Program-made: the position numbers and the translations under genes | In this document: one piece after another, positions 40,170-51,654 of the stretch | How positions within the stretch are numbered: the first letter of the stretch is position 1 | Layout: the number at the start of each line of letters is the position of its first letter | Notes under the pieces: generated by a model | Databases searched by the model: none | Told to the model about the DNA's origin: nothing | What the model saw: only the letters and a program-made list of their open reading frames with translations | Assembly: GCF_006345805.1 (NCBI RefSeq) | Contig: NC_043016.1 | Span: forward strand, 19,840,001 to 19,904,000 | Direction of reading: 5' to 3' | DNA: 64,000 nucleotides | DNA from: Octopus sinensis | Lineage: Eukaryota

Positions 40170-41060
40170 GCTTATAACATTTGTTGGAAACAAATTACAT
40201 GAGCATGAGTTTATCATAATTTCTTCTACATTTGCTCTTGTATATCATAACTATTAGGCTGAGTAAAAAGTAAGCAACGTTTTGAAACATGAAATTTATC
40301 ACAATATATTTCACCAAAGAGGAAATTTTATTCATCAAAGTAAGTACCTCTACAATCAACGCATTTAAACCATCAAGGTGCTTGAAAAAGTGGTAGTCAG
40401 TAGGAGAAAGGTCTTGGTAATAAGCTGGGTGGGGAAGAACTTCGTAACCAAGTTCCCTCGACTTCTGGAACGTCACTAGTGAACCATGTGATCAAGCATT
40501 GTCATGAAGAATGATTGACCTTCTTCCGTTGACCAGTCTGTGACGGAGTAGCAGTTTTTTTGGCAATTTCATGGCAATATGTGTCTGCAATAATGGTTTT
40601 TCCAGGTTTTAAGAAATTATAGTACACCACCAAACAGTTGCCATGACCTTTTTGAAAAGCTTGAATTTAGGGAAGGTTTTCAGGGTTTCATTTTGGTCCA
40701 ACCACTACTGTGAAGAACATTTTTTATTATTGTACAGAATCCACTTTTCATCGCAAGTTACAATACAGTTGAGCAATGGTTTGGTCTGGTTTCAGAGAAG
40801 CGATGTGCAAATTTCATATCTGCACATTTTCTGATTTTCATTGAAATTGTGTGGTACCCATTTGTTGAGCTTTTTTGATTTTCCAATTGCATGCAAATTG
40901 TTGCAGGCGGTTTTTTGGCTAACTTGAAATTCTGTTGCCAATTCTCAAGTGGTTTTACATGGACCTTTGTCAATGACAATCTTTAATTGACCGTCATCAA
41001 TGACTGATGGGCATCCACTATGCTCACAATCTTCAAGGCTCATGTCTCTACTGCAAAATC
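40170..41060 (-). mobile_element. Mariner transposase pseudogene (DD34D type)
   Basis: Frameshifted pieces IVTCDEKWILYNN and ELGYEVLPHPAYYQDLSPTDYHFFKHLD. Confidence 0.8.
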
Positions 41061-41067
41061 GTTTTGA

Positions 41068-41279
41068 CCTTTCATTACTGTATCTATTTTGAGATGCTCC
41101 ATTTCTTTCAATTATTTTGAATAAAACAAAGAATTTAGTAAACTAACTTAGTTATCATTAAACTAGTGTTAGGAACATAAATTGTGACTAAGGTTTTGGT
41201 GGAAGATTTTAATTCAAAACTTATTAAAACAAGACATTTGCACTACAGCCAGGTTTCAGCTGGGTTGGTAATGAAAGGG
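41068..41279 (-). mobile_element. piggyBac-like MITE, family 1, second copy
   Basis: Reverse-complement match to 28177-28398, ends GGG|TTAA. Confidence 0.75.
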
Positions 41280-41620
41280 TTAAACCATCTTCAAGCTGAC
41301 CACTCACTGGTCATTTCCTCACTAAATGTTTCATTGATATCACAGGCAGTTTCAACTGCTTTACATCCTTTTTTGAAGTTGAATATCATGTTTTGACAGT
41401 TCCATTTTATATGATTGTAACAACAGTGGGAAAAAAATCAATCTTAATTTATTGATGCATTTGAGCAAGTCTATGTCTGTATTATTAGACAATTGCAAAA
41501 AAATGTTTAAAAAATTCTTCATGGTTCAAAACGTTGCTTACATTCTACTCAACCTGATAGTAATACTACTAAGTATAACAGTTACATACATACCAATTGC
41601 TTTTCCTTTGTATTTTGCAG

Positions 41621-41794
41621 ATTGTTAACAACTTGGATGAATCCTGCCCAAACAGCCAAGAGAAAAATAAATACAAATCTTTCCTTGAAGATCGTGAAAT
41701 GGTCATAAAACTGTTATTAAAACTCTCCGTCCTTCTTGCACGTGCTGAAAACAGTGTTCAGTGTTTACCTGCTGGTGTTGAGGCAAGGAAAAAG
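41621..41794 (+). CDS. Shroom: Shroom exon, ASD2 domain
   Basis: Acceptor ttttcctttgtattttgcAG, donor AAG|GTagga; 174 nt; IVNNLDESCPNSQEKNKYKSFLEDREMVIKLLLKLSVLLARAENSVQCLPAGVEARKK. Confidence 0.93.
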
Positions 41795-41932
41795 GTAGGA
41801 TCGTATTTAAAGTTCTTTCTAAAATCATAAATACATACAGAGATACTGGTCTTCATATCATTATCATTATCATATCATTTTTCCTTGTTGACATGGGTTA
41901 AATTATACAGTTCTATATTTAAGAGATAAGGA

Positions 41933-42256
41933 ATTATTTACATTTGATGGATATTTGTCCTCATTTTGTTTGTTGTTAACACAACGTTTTGGCTGATATA
42001 CCCTCCAGCCTTCATCAGGTATTTTAGGGCAATTTTGAACCTGGCATAGTGATTAACAGCGCAGGCTACTAACCCCAAGATTCCAAGTTCGATTCCAGGC
42101 AGTGACCTTAATAATAATAATAATAATAATAACATAGAAAAATACCAGGTTCGAAATTTCCCCAAGACACCTGATGAAGGTTGGAGGGTATATCAGCCGA
42201 AACGTTGTATTAACAAGAAACAAGATGGGAGCAAATATCTGTCAAATGTAAATAAT
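41933..42256 (+). mobile_element. tRNA-headed SINE-like element with hammerhead-bearing Penelope-like tail and a 112-bp inverted copy of that tail
   Basis: Arms 41933-42044 and 42145-42256; tRNA-like head 42042-42107 (A-box tggcatagtga, B-box agttcgattcc); (TAA)n spacer. Confidence 0.8.
42166..42211 (+). ncRNA. Minimal type-I hammerhead ribozyme motif
   Basis: Stem I gacac/gtatt (one mismatch; the mirror arm has gtgtt), core CTGATGA 42171-77, extra A, stem II ggttgg/tcagcc, GAAAC 42199-203, GTT cleavage triplet, palindromic AACGTT stem III. Activity not shown. Confidence 0.65.
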
Positions 42257-43043
42257 GGGTAAATTATTCCATTTGGTCTAAATCAGTTTTTATTCTGTAT
42301 GGTTACTACTCTCTTCAAGAGACCAAAGGATCATATGTTTCCTTTCCAACATTGTTTCTGCAGTTGGAAGCCTTTCTTATATACATTATCATTATTTAAG
42401 ATTTGTTTTCCATTGTTGGCATTGGTTGGTCAGTTTGACAGGAGCTGACTAACCAGAGAACCATACCAAACTCTTCTGTCTGGTTTGATGTGGCTTTTAT
42501 GGCTAGATACCCTTTATATGTGTGTATGTTACTGTCACCTTGGTTTGACATTTATATGATTGGTGTATATAGCATTACTGTCATACAGTAGTGTCCTTTG
42601 TTTGCAGTCTTCTGTGAATATACCTGGTCTTGGGAAACTTAGAAACAGGTAAGGGTTTGTGACAGGAAAGGCATCCAGCTGTAGAAAATCTGCTTCAACA
42701 AATTCAACCTGACCTATGCAAGCATGGAAAAGTGGATGTTAAAAAGATGAGGCTGGTAATACATTTCACTTTATATATATGTCAGGTTTTTTTTTTTTAC
42801 TCCTCTTATGCACTTGGTAAAATGAAGAGAGCACCAAGCAAAAAAAAATTACTATAGCTGATATAATCAATTAAAACTTTCAAGAGTGGTGCTCCAGTAT
42901 GACTGTAGCCCACTCAGTGAAACCAATAAAAAATGTATATAAGAACCGATAGAGGGAGAGGCCTCTTTGTCATTTTGCATCCATGTTTATGGGCAGGCAA
43001 TGGTTGTCTTCATCAAGCAGACCTAAGATCAAAGATGTTTCAA

Positions 43044-43496
43044 CCATGACCATCCCAACTTTTACTCAAACAATAAATTCTGGATTTTTAATGTGTTAGT
43101 GTGTAGTTTAGTGAGGAATTTGACCATGTTGAGGTTCCCACATTGTCTTAAATAAACAGCAGAAATGTATAAACTACAGAGTATAGGACAAAAATCCAAG
43201 ATTTTTCAGCCATGACCATCCCAACTTTTACTCAAACAATAAATTCTGGATTTTTAGTGTGTAGTTTAATGAGGAATTCGACCATGTTGAGGTTCCCACA
43301 TTGTCTTAAATAAACTACAGAGTATAGGACAAAAATCCAAGATTTTTCAGCCATGACCATCCCAACTTTTACTCAAACAATAAATTCTGGATTTTTAGTG
43401 TGTAGTTTAGTGAGGAATTTGACCATGTTGAGGTTCCCACATTGTCTTAAATAAACAGCAGAAATGTATAAACTACAGAGTATAGGACAAAAATCC
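43044..43496 (+). repeat. Three-copy tandem repeat (periods 166 and 141 bp)
   Basis: Units start at 43044, 43210 and 43351; they differ by 8-bp and 17-bp indels. Confidence 0.95.
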
Positions 43497-44515
43497 TTTG
43501 ATTATATTTTTGGTGAAGGTGTACAATAAGCATCCCACTCCTCTTTTCTTTTTATTTCTTTTTCCTTTTTCACAGATTTCAACATTTTCGGCAACAGTAA
43601 TTCTGATTCTGACAAAAGTCAAAATCCCCCTTAAAGTTCAATTTTGATCACAACGATGGTGATGATAAACGAGGCTGAGTTTGTTGCTGTTGATAGTAGT
43701 AACTGTGGTTTCATTGTTCGTCACAGTTTTGGCAGTGGTGATAGTAGTGGTGATGATGATGATTGTTTTTGACTTCTTAAACATTTCTTGAAGTAAATGC
43801 CTTCCCTTTTATGTTAGAATTCAGAAATATGTACATTGGGTAGTAAAATCTCTTGTGTTCTGTTATTTTATTTTATTTTTGGTTAAATATATTTTTTGTA
43901 TTTTTTAAAAATTGGAATTTTGGATAACAAGTTTTTCACAACTGCAGTTTCTGTTTTTGTTTACATTTAATTAAAAATAAATTTAAGAGATTTAGCTGTT
44001 ATTTCTAGGCATGTACTGGTTGAAAATCACCTGTATGAGTGAATGAGTTTAAAAACATCTGGAATATTGGTGTGGATGGGAGGGGTGTCAATTGTTTTTG
44101 TTTTGTTTTTTTAAATTGAAATTTTAGAAAAAAACTTTTTCCAGAAATCATAATGTCCATATTTTTCTACATAGAATCCAAAAATAATTTTCACAAAAAA
44201 AGTGAAAGAAAAAAAAAGGGGGTTGGTGAGAGAATTTGAATTTTGAAATGCCAATTTTTATGTCAGAATCAAAATCTCTGTTAACAAAAATGTCAGAATC
44301 TGAAAAAAGAAAAAGAATAAAAATGGGTGGATTGCTTATTGTACAGTGCCAAAAATATGAGTGGGTTTTGTCTGGACCCTGGACTACAGTATTGTGTCTT
44401 TAAAACAATGTAATTTGAGAGAAAGACAGAGAGAAAGTTAGCTGCTATTTTATAATTGATTGAGTAAACATGTGAAAGCCCTATTATCCAAGAATATTCT
44501 TTTGATTCCTTTCAG

Positions 44516-44782
44516 GAGCTTGCTATTGAGAAACGTGACAAGCTAAGTCGGCAGCACGAAGAAGCTAAACAACTCAAGTCAGACATTGACAGACGCCAAG
44601 AACAAATTTCTAACATCCTGAAACAGTATCTTTCTGATGAGGATTTGAAGGATTACCACTATTATCTTTCAATGAAATCCCGTCTGATTATAGAATCACA
44701 AGAACTGGAAGACAAAATCTTCCTTGGACAAGAACAGCTATCAGCTTTGAAACGTAGTATTCCAAGTTCTTTCCAATCATAA
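44516..44782 (+). CDS. Shroom: Shroom terminal coding exon, ASD2 C-terminus and stop
   Basis: Acceptor tttgattcctttcAG; ELAIEKRDKLSRQHEEAKQLKSDIDRRQEQISNILKQYLSDEDLKDYHYYLSMKSRLIIESQELEDKIFLGQEQLSALKRSIPSSFQS then TAA at 44780-82; typical ASD2 end (QHEDA..LK...DRR; MKS.LII.QREL..KI.LG.EQL..L). Confidence 0.95.
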   Translation, partial: ELAIEKRDKLSRQHEEAKQLKSDIDRRQEQISNILKQYLSDEDLKDYHYYLSMKSRLIIESQELEDKIFLGQEQLSALKRSIPSSFQS

Positions 44783-45105
44783 CCCAGACTTATCATCAAC
44801 CAGTTAAACTACAACTACTACTACAACATACATACGTCTTTCATAGAATTTTTCGTTTTATTTTAATCTTAATCTTCTCAATCACTTTTATTGCCCGAAA
44901 TATCTTCTTTCAAGAGAAAATGAACTTTCTTCTTTTATGTCTTTTTTTTTCTTCTATATATATATATATATTTCTTTCCCACAGTTTGGCACCCCACCCT
45001 CATTCCTGTAGCAACCTGAAAATTCCTGCAAGTGATCTCCTGTGTATTTTTTTTTTTATTACCTCAACCTTTATTTATTTTGATTTTGATTTTTCGTGGC
45101 TTATA

Positions 45106-45141
<36 letters not shown>

Positions 45142-46373
45142 CCTTTCTACTATAGGCACATGGCCTGAAATTTGATGGGAGGGGGCCAGTCGATTAAATC
45201 AACCCCAGTACACAACTGGTACTTAATTTATCGACCCCGAAAGGATGAAAGGCAAAGTTGACCCCAACGGCATCTGAACTCAGAACGTTAAGATAGACGA
45301 AATACCGCTAAGCATTTTGCCCGGCGCGCTAACGTTTCTGCCAGTTCACCGCCTTAATAATAATGATAATGATAATAATAATAACAACAACACACCACCA
45401 CAATAAAGCAATAAATATTTGTGGGTGTGAAGTAAAAAGTGATTTTAGAAAAAAAAAAATAATAATTATTATCATAATAATTATTATTCAAACCATCTTT
45501 ATGTATTTAAATGATTCTGTTTTTATTTATGAATTTTTTGTGACCTAAACTTGTGAGTAACTGTGACAGTTTTTTTTTTTTTTTGCATATTTTCTCTTCC
45601 CTTCCCCCAGTCCCCACCTTGTCTCATGCACTTTAACTTTTTTTTTTCATCCATTACAATAGCAGTGTGGAGGTGGGGGATTTTGCGGGGAAGGTCAAAT
45701 TTCTTTGTGGAAATTTGTTTGCTTTACAACAATGTTCATGTGTTAATTATTATTTTAATTTATGGGATTAGCTTTGTAAAATATTCACATAATTTATGGA
45801 ATTAGCTACATATATCTTCCCTAAAGACATTAACTTAATTTCTAAAAAAAATCTTATTCTGATACAATTTTTTATTAAAATAGGTGATTAACAAAACGAT
45901 TGTAAGAGTAAAAATTTTTACTGAGTGTGCAAAAACAAATAAAAACTGAAATAAAGACATCTTAAAGTTAATTTTTCTGGGTTTTCCCTTTTTTTTTTTT
46001 TTTTAAGTGGGGGAATGGGTCATATTTTTGAACAAAAACAAAAATTACATGTCAGATTTAAATAATTTATAATTCATTCAATTCAGATAGAATATTTTTT
46101 TCTGATTGTTTGAAATATTTCTACCAGGGAGTTGTTTTTCTCTGCAAATAAAAACAAGATTTACGTGTTTCTTTGAAATTTATACCAGCTTTTTGTGTAT
46201 GTTTCTATTTTCCTTTCATTCATCATACAGATCACAAAACATCGTTGATGAATGGACAATATAGCTTATTCCACTCTAACAGTAATGTGGAAGAAAATAC
46301 TCAGAATACAGATCTGTTGCTTAATTATACAATATATATATATATATATATAAAGGTATATATATATCTATAA

Positions 46374-46412
<39 letters not shown>

Positions 46413-47050
46413 GTCTGTGTGTATATAATCTTTAATGTTTCAAACAAAATGATGTTATGGATAAACACTTGATCAAGTATATACAATCAATTAGTAAACA
46501 ATAAGAGAAAAAAATAAAAGTGAATGTGATGCAGGCCATCTCTTCCCAGCTTGGAATGAAATATCTTGAATCAGGTTTAGCTTGATTTGCTTAACTTGAT
46601 ATTTTTCAAGGAATTTAATATGCTGGTACCCTTAAGTTTTAGTGATTTGACTTTTTTTTTTTTGTTTCAATGGTATTGCTGAGAGATTTTTTTTTATGCA
46701 TGTGGGTGTGTGTGTGTGTGTGTGTATGTAAAGCAAATTACAATAATTTCTTTGATGTGAAATGAGAAAAAAAAAACTTCTTGGTATCTATTATTGTCTC
46801 AGAATTTCCTGATATTTTTCTCCGAATCACTTTAAAAGGGATACCCTTACAAGGGATACCTTATTGCTTTATCAGCACACAGGGAGAGGCTTTTTTTTTA
46901 TATTTAGTGCCTTAAAGATAAATTATGGTTTCATCTTATAACATTCAGATACTCTCTCGTTACCCGAATTACTTTGCTCTGTGTAATCTAGCAAAGAATG
47001 CTCTTTGTAAAAGGCCTTTATTTCAATAAACTAAAATATAAAAATAATTC
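44783..47050 (+). other. Probable Shroom 3' UTR with candidate poly(A) signals
   Basis: AU-rich and TE-poor after the stop; AATAAA near 45403, 45938-45955, 46148 and 47025, the last followed by a U/GU-rich tract. True end not determinable. Confidence 0.35.
45140..45356 (-). mobile_element. SINE family B, in presumed 3' UTR
   Basis: Reverse-complement match to family B with alternative (TAA)n tail. Confidence 0.8.
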
Positions 47051-47394
47051 AGTCTTGGTTGATTAATTTTTTTATTCTTTTCTTTCTTTTTGTGTTAGCA
47101 TTTAGATATCAGCCGCTACTTTATTGTTGAAATTTTTTTTTTTTTTATTTTATCTGAGTCTGGAGGAATGGATAGTATCCATGACCTTCGCAGGCTTCCC
47201 TAGAATGGTGAGACTGATGCCATTGATGTAACCCTTTGAACAATTCAAAACCAATACTTACATGAAAGATATGAATAGGAAGGGAATTAAAGAGGGATTG
47301 TGTGTTCTGGAAAAGAACTAGATACAGTGATTAGTGCAGGGCTTTTATGGGTATGGGGGATATAACAAAGAGGATGAAACGAGGGGACACAAGT

Positions 47395-47900
47395 GGATCA
47401 GAAATGCCTTAGTGGAATTGGCATGAATCCAGTTATCTCCAAGGGATGAAGGCTAATAAAGTAGAGGAAGAAAAGGCTGAAGGAAGAGTCAGCACACTTG
47501 TGAGTCAGAGGCTGAAGTGTGTCTATGAGTGACTTAATGCTAATCAGTATCCTTTCTGGATCCAATCTTGAATGTCTGTGTGCAGCAGTAGCACCATCCC
47601 AAATGTGAGAACAATACTCCATTATGGGTCTCATCTGAGCTTTGTAGGATGTCAGTAATTGTTGGTGGGTAGGGAGGGTGAATTATTTTCTGCCCTTTTT
47701 CTTAAGGGCCAGTTTGTTGAGAAATGAACCGTTATGTTAAGAATGTGCATTCATCTAAATTTGGCACATTTATAGGGGTCTTAGTTGGATGTTGCTCATG
47801 GTTTAAGTAGAGTGCAATTATGTTTACCTTATCTAAGTAGCAATTGAATTTTCTTGCTGTTGAAAGACACAAGACTGGTATCTCCTCATCAGGTGATGCA
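47395..47900 (-). mobile_element. Degraded CR1/L2-type LINE fragment
   Basis: RPIMEYCSHIWDG motif typical of the post-RT region of these clades. Confidence 0.55.
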
Positions 47901-48451
47901 TTTGAACATTCATGTGGAAAAAGAATTTTAGAAATCTATTTTTCATTCATGATATAAATAACTCAGTAGCCAACATTTTTGCAGATTACCATATTTTAAC
48001 GTGTATAAGGAACCCTTTTTTGTTAAAAATTAGGTTAAAAGAATATAGGAATTTATTATACATAGTATTATAATCCCTTACAAAACCATTTTTCCAAATT
48101 TTAAACCCCCAAAATTAGGGGGTTCCTTATACATGTTAAAATGCAGTAATTGAAAATTAATAAAATCATTTTAATTTCACTTAAGACAGTGGTCACTCCT
48201 ACAAAATGGTAATTAATTTTTGCATCCTTTACAAATGTAATAGATATGAATATGAAAGTGAGTCTTCTAATAGCTCATTTATTTTTTCTTAATTAAACCC
48301 TATAAATTACTGTGAATGTAAAAGAAATTGAACTCAGAAAATAAGTTCTTGACTCAATGCAAATGTAAATTGAGCAATTAGAAAAAAAAGGCTTATAAAC
48401 AGTAAAATAATTCACAATTGTGAATTTTCCTTCTTGGGACACATAACTCTA

Positions 48452-48975
48452 CTTGTGAAGACCTGTTGAGGCAAGTGAAAATCAAATCAAATCAAAATCG
48501 ATGAACATCAATGGAATTTGTAGTTTTGTGGTACCAGTACCAGTGGCACATAAGAAAACCATCCGAACATGGCCGTAGCCAGTACCGCATCGACTGGCCT
48601 CCGTGCTGTGGGCATGTAACAAACACCATCCGATCGTGGCCATGCCAGCCTCGCCTGGCCTCCGTGCCGGCAGCACGTAAAAAACACCATCCGAGCGTGG
48701 CCGTTTGCCAGCCTCGTCTGGCACCTGTGTCGGTGGCACATAAAAAAACACCATCCGAGCGTGGCCGTTCGCCAGCCTCGTCTGGCACCTGTGTTGGTGG
48801 CACATAAAAAACACCCACTACACTCACGGAGTGGTTGGCATTAGGAAGGGCATCCAGCTGTATAAACACTGCCAGATCTGACTGGCCTGGTGCAGCCTTC
48901 GGGCTTCCCAGACCCCTGTTGAACCGTCCAACCCATGCTAGCATGGAAAGCGGACGTTAAACAATGATGATGATG
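48452..48975 (+). mobile_element. RTE 3'-UTR-derived short element, second long copy
   Basis: Same organisation as 36050-36570. Confidence 0.8.
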
Positions 48976-50544
48976 TTTATTTTTCTTTCTCATTTATGAC
49001 TTCATAAAAACAGAACTTTATTGCTGACTGTGATATACAGGTCTACCTCTCAATTCAGGTAATTTCTTGATTTGCTTTAACCCTGTAGCATTTAAACCAG
49101 CCATATTTGGCCCAAAGTATTCTAGCTGTTCTACCTTAAAAACGTGCCAGATCTGGCCTTTTATACCTACCTGACAATGTCTTTCAAAGCAATCACATCA
49201 CTGAAATCTCAAAGATACAAAGATAATGCATAATTAATTCAAAACAATGTGAATAAATGAGCAATACATTTGATAGCATAATTTGAATACTGATGAGTAT
49301 AGAGAACAGAATTCAGAATCATACAAGTTTGTCATTGCAGATGGAATGAAGATAGTTCTTAACCATAGTCTCTAAAAGGATTAAATCTACATTAGTAGAA
49401 TCATAAAATTCTTGATGTGATCCATAGAATGAATTTATTTTTAAGAAATTATAATTAATAATTTTATTTTGAAAAGTGATTTTAATAGAATTTATACTTT
49501 CCATCCACAGTGAGTGGATAGCTGGAATTGCAATTAAACAATTGACTATTTTAAGGTTACTATTTGCTATCCTTTTATTACCATATTTGATGGCCTATAA
49601 AACACACCTTTTTTACCCAAAAATGGCTTTAAAGATCCCTCTGCATTCAATGTTGGCTCAAAATGGTATGTATGTTTACAAAATGTGTGCTGCCATCTCT
49701 TGGTGAACAATCGCTTATGGTATGTTTATATTGAATGTGGATGCAATAAATTGCTTATAATTACTGGTAATAACATAAAGTTATACAGGTAAGTGGAAGA
49801 ATTAAAACATTATTTTAGTGGTAATTTATTTTATAAATCTACAGCCTGGGCTAGGGTACATCCTGTAGGCCATCAAGTATGGTATATTCCATTACTTCAG
49901 TAGCTTGAGTAATCTCTTCCTGAATTTCTTTGTTTGTAGTATTTCATACATAGGTAGGATATGTAATAGGAGAAAATATATTTATCAAAATTTCAAGCCT
50001 TTACAATTGATTCAGCAGCAATAATAATAATTGCCACTTTATCAAAAGATTGAAAAATTTTTAATTAACTGTCAGAAAATATGCTCCTTGGATATTGTAA
50101 ATAATGCACATAAATATTAGGGCTACACATACATTATACAAACTGCTCAAGTGCTTTAAATGCACACACATTTATATATGTTCACACACGTATATTTGCA
50201 TATATATTAATTACTAAGATGGATGTACTCAACTGTACTCCAGACAACAGTACTCCTACATGGTCACATATTAATTACTGAAACCTGTTAAAAATTCCTT
50301 CTCTTGGACCCTGACTTGGCAATGTATTCAATACCTCCTGGTCCTTAAATGATATATATCACCAAGGATTGTTTTGATATTTCTTACACCTAGAAACTTG
50401 ATCGATCTGTCTCTCAAACAAACTTGGATTTGAAAGCTGATGTTAAATGACGTTTTTTTTTTTTTTCTTATCTGTAATGAATGACCATCCACCTCAAATC
50501 ATTATGCAACTCCACTGTGTGTCAAATAAATAACGTTACAAGAA

Positions 50545-50877
50545 AACTTTGTGAACCTACTAACTGGCATTCTATTGGTTACAATAATGAGGGTCCCAGT
50601 TGATCTGATCAACATGAACAGCCTGCTCATGAAATTAACATGCAAGTGGTTGAATACTCCAGACATGCACAGTTATCATAGAGATTCAATATGACACAGA
50701 ATGTGACAAGGCTGGCCCCCTTTGAATTACAGGTACAACACATTTTTGCCAGCTGAATGGATTGGAGTAATGTAAAATAAAGTATCTTGCCCAAGGACAC
50801 AATGCACTGCCAAGAATTGAATTCACGACCTCACTATCATGAGCCAAATACCTTAACCACTAAGCTACATGCCTTTG
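50545..50877 (-). mobile_element. tRNA-derived SINE, third head type
   Basis: On -: tagcttagtggttaagg...gtgaattcaattc...tgtgtccttgggcaag; relatives near 31218-31385(+), 50900-51185(-), 58440-58740(+). Confidence 0.6.
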
Positions 50878-51654
50878 CAACTAAACCAGTAGATTAGAAT
50901 GCATTGAAAGGGGCCCCTTTTAATGGGCAAAATTGTTTGTGGAAGACCAGCAGTTGCCCATGCATACCAACCTCTCCTCTTTATGCAACTGATGTCATCC
51001 AAGGGAAAAGCAAAGGAGCCGATACAGCTTGACCCCAGTGATGTTGCAACTCCTTTCTACAGCTGAGTGAACTGGAGCAACATGAAATGAAGTGTCTTGC
51101 TCAAGAGCATAACATGCTGCCCAGTCCAGGAATCGAACTCTCTACTTCATTATTGTAAGCCTGAGGTTCTAACCACTGAGCCATGAATTAATTATTTACA
51201 TTAATTCTTACCTTTCTTTTTAATACAGTACTATATTAGTCGGTCAGACTTGAAGTAAACAATATTACAAGAATCACATCAATTTTGTTTACAGCTTACT
51301 TTGCAACCATGTGGTTTTAGGTTCAGTCCCATTGCTTGACACCTTGGGCAAGTGTCTTCTACTATACAACCATGCCAATAAATACTTTGTGAGTGAATTT
51401 AGTAGACAGAAACTTTTGGAAAGCTACTCATATATATATGGCTTTAAAAAAAATAAAGACCGCATAGATGAGGTGAAAGGACAACAAAAATGTTGCATCA
51501 GGTTTACACTCAGGAAAAATGGAAGAAATCTTTTACAGTTCAAGCCTACATTCTTCTATAGGAAAAGTATAGATGAGGGGAGAAAAATATATAGAGAACT
51601 GTTGTGTGTGTGTGAAGGCACATGGGGCCTAGTGATTAGGGTGTTGTGCTCACA

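Noticed and set aside
42042-42107. tRNA gene
   Set aside because: No complete acceptor stem and degenerate arms; it is a SINE head. The same applies to other tRNA-like heads in the window.
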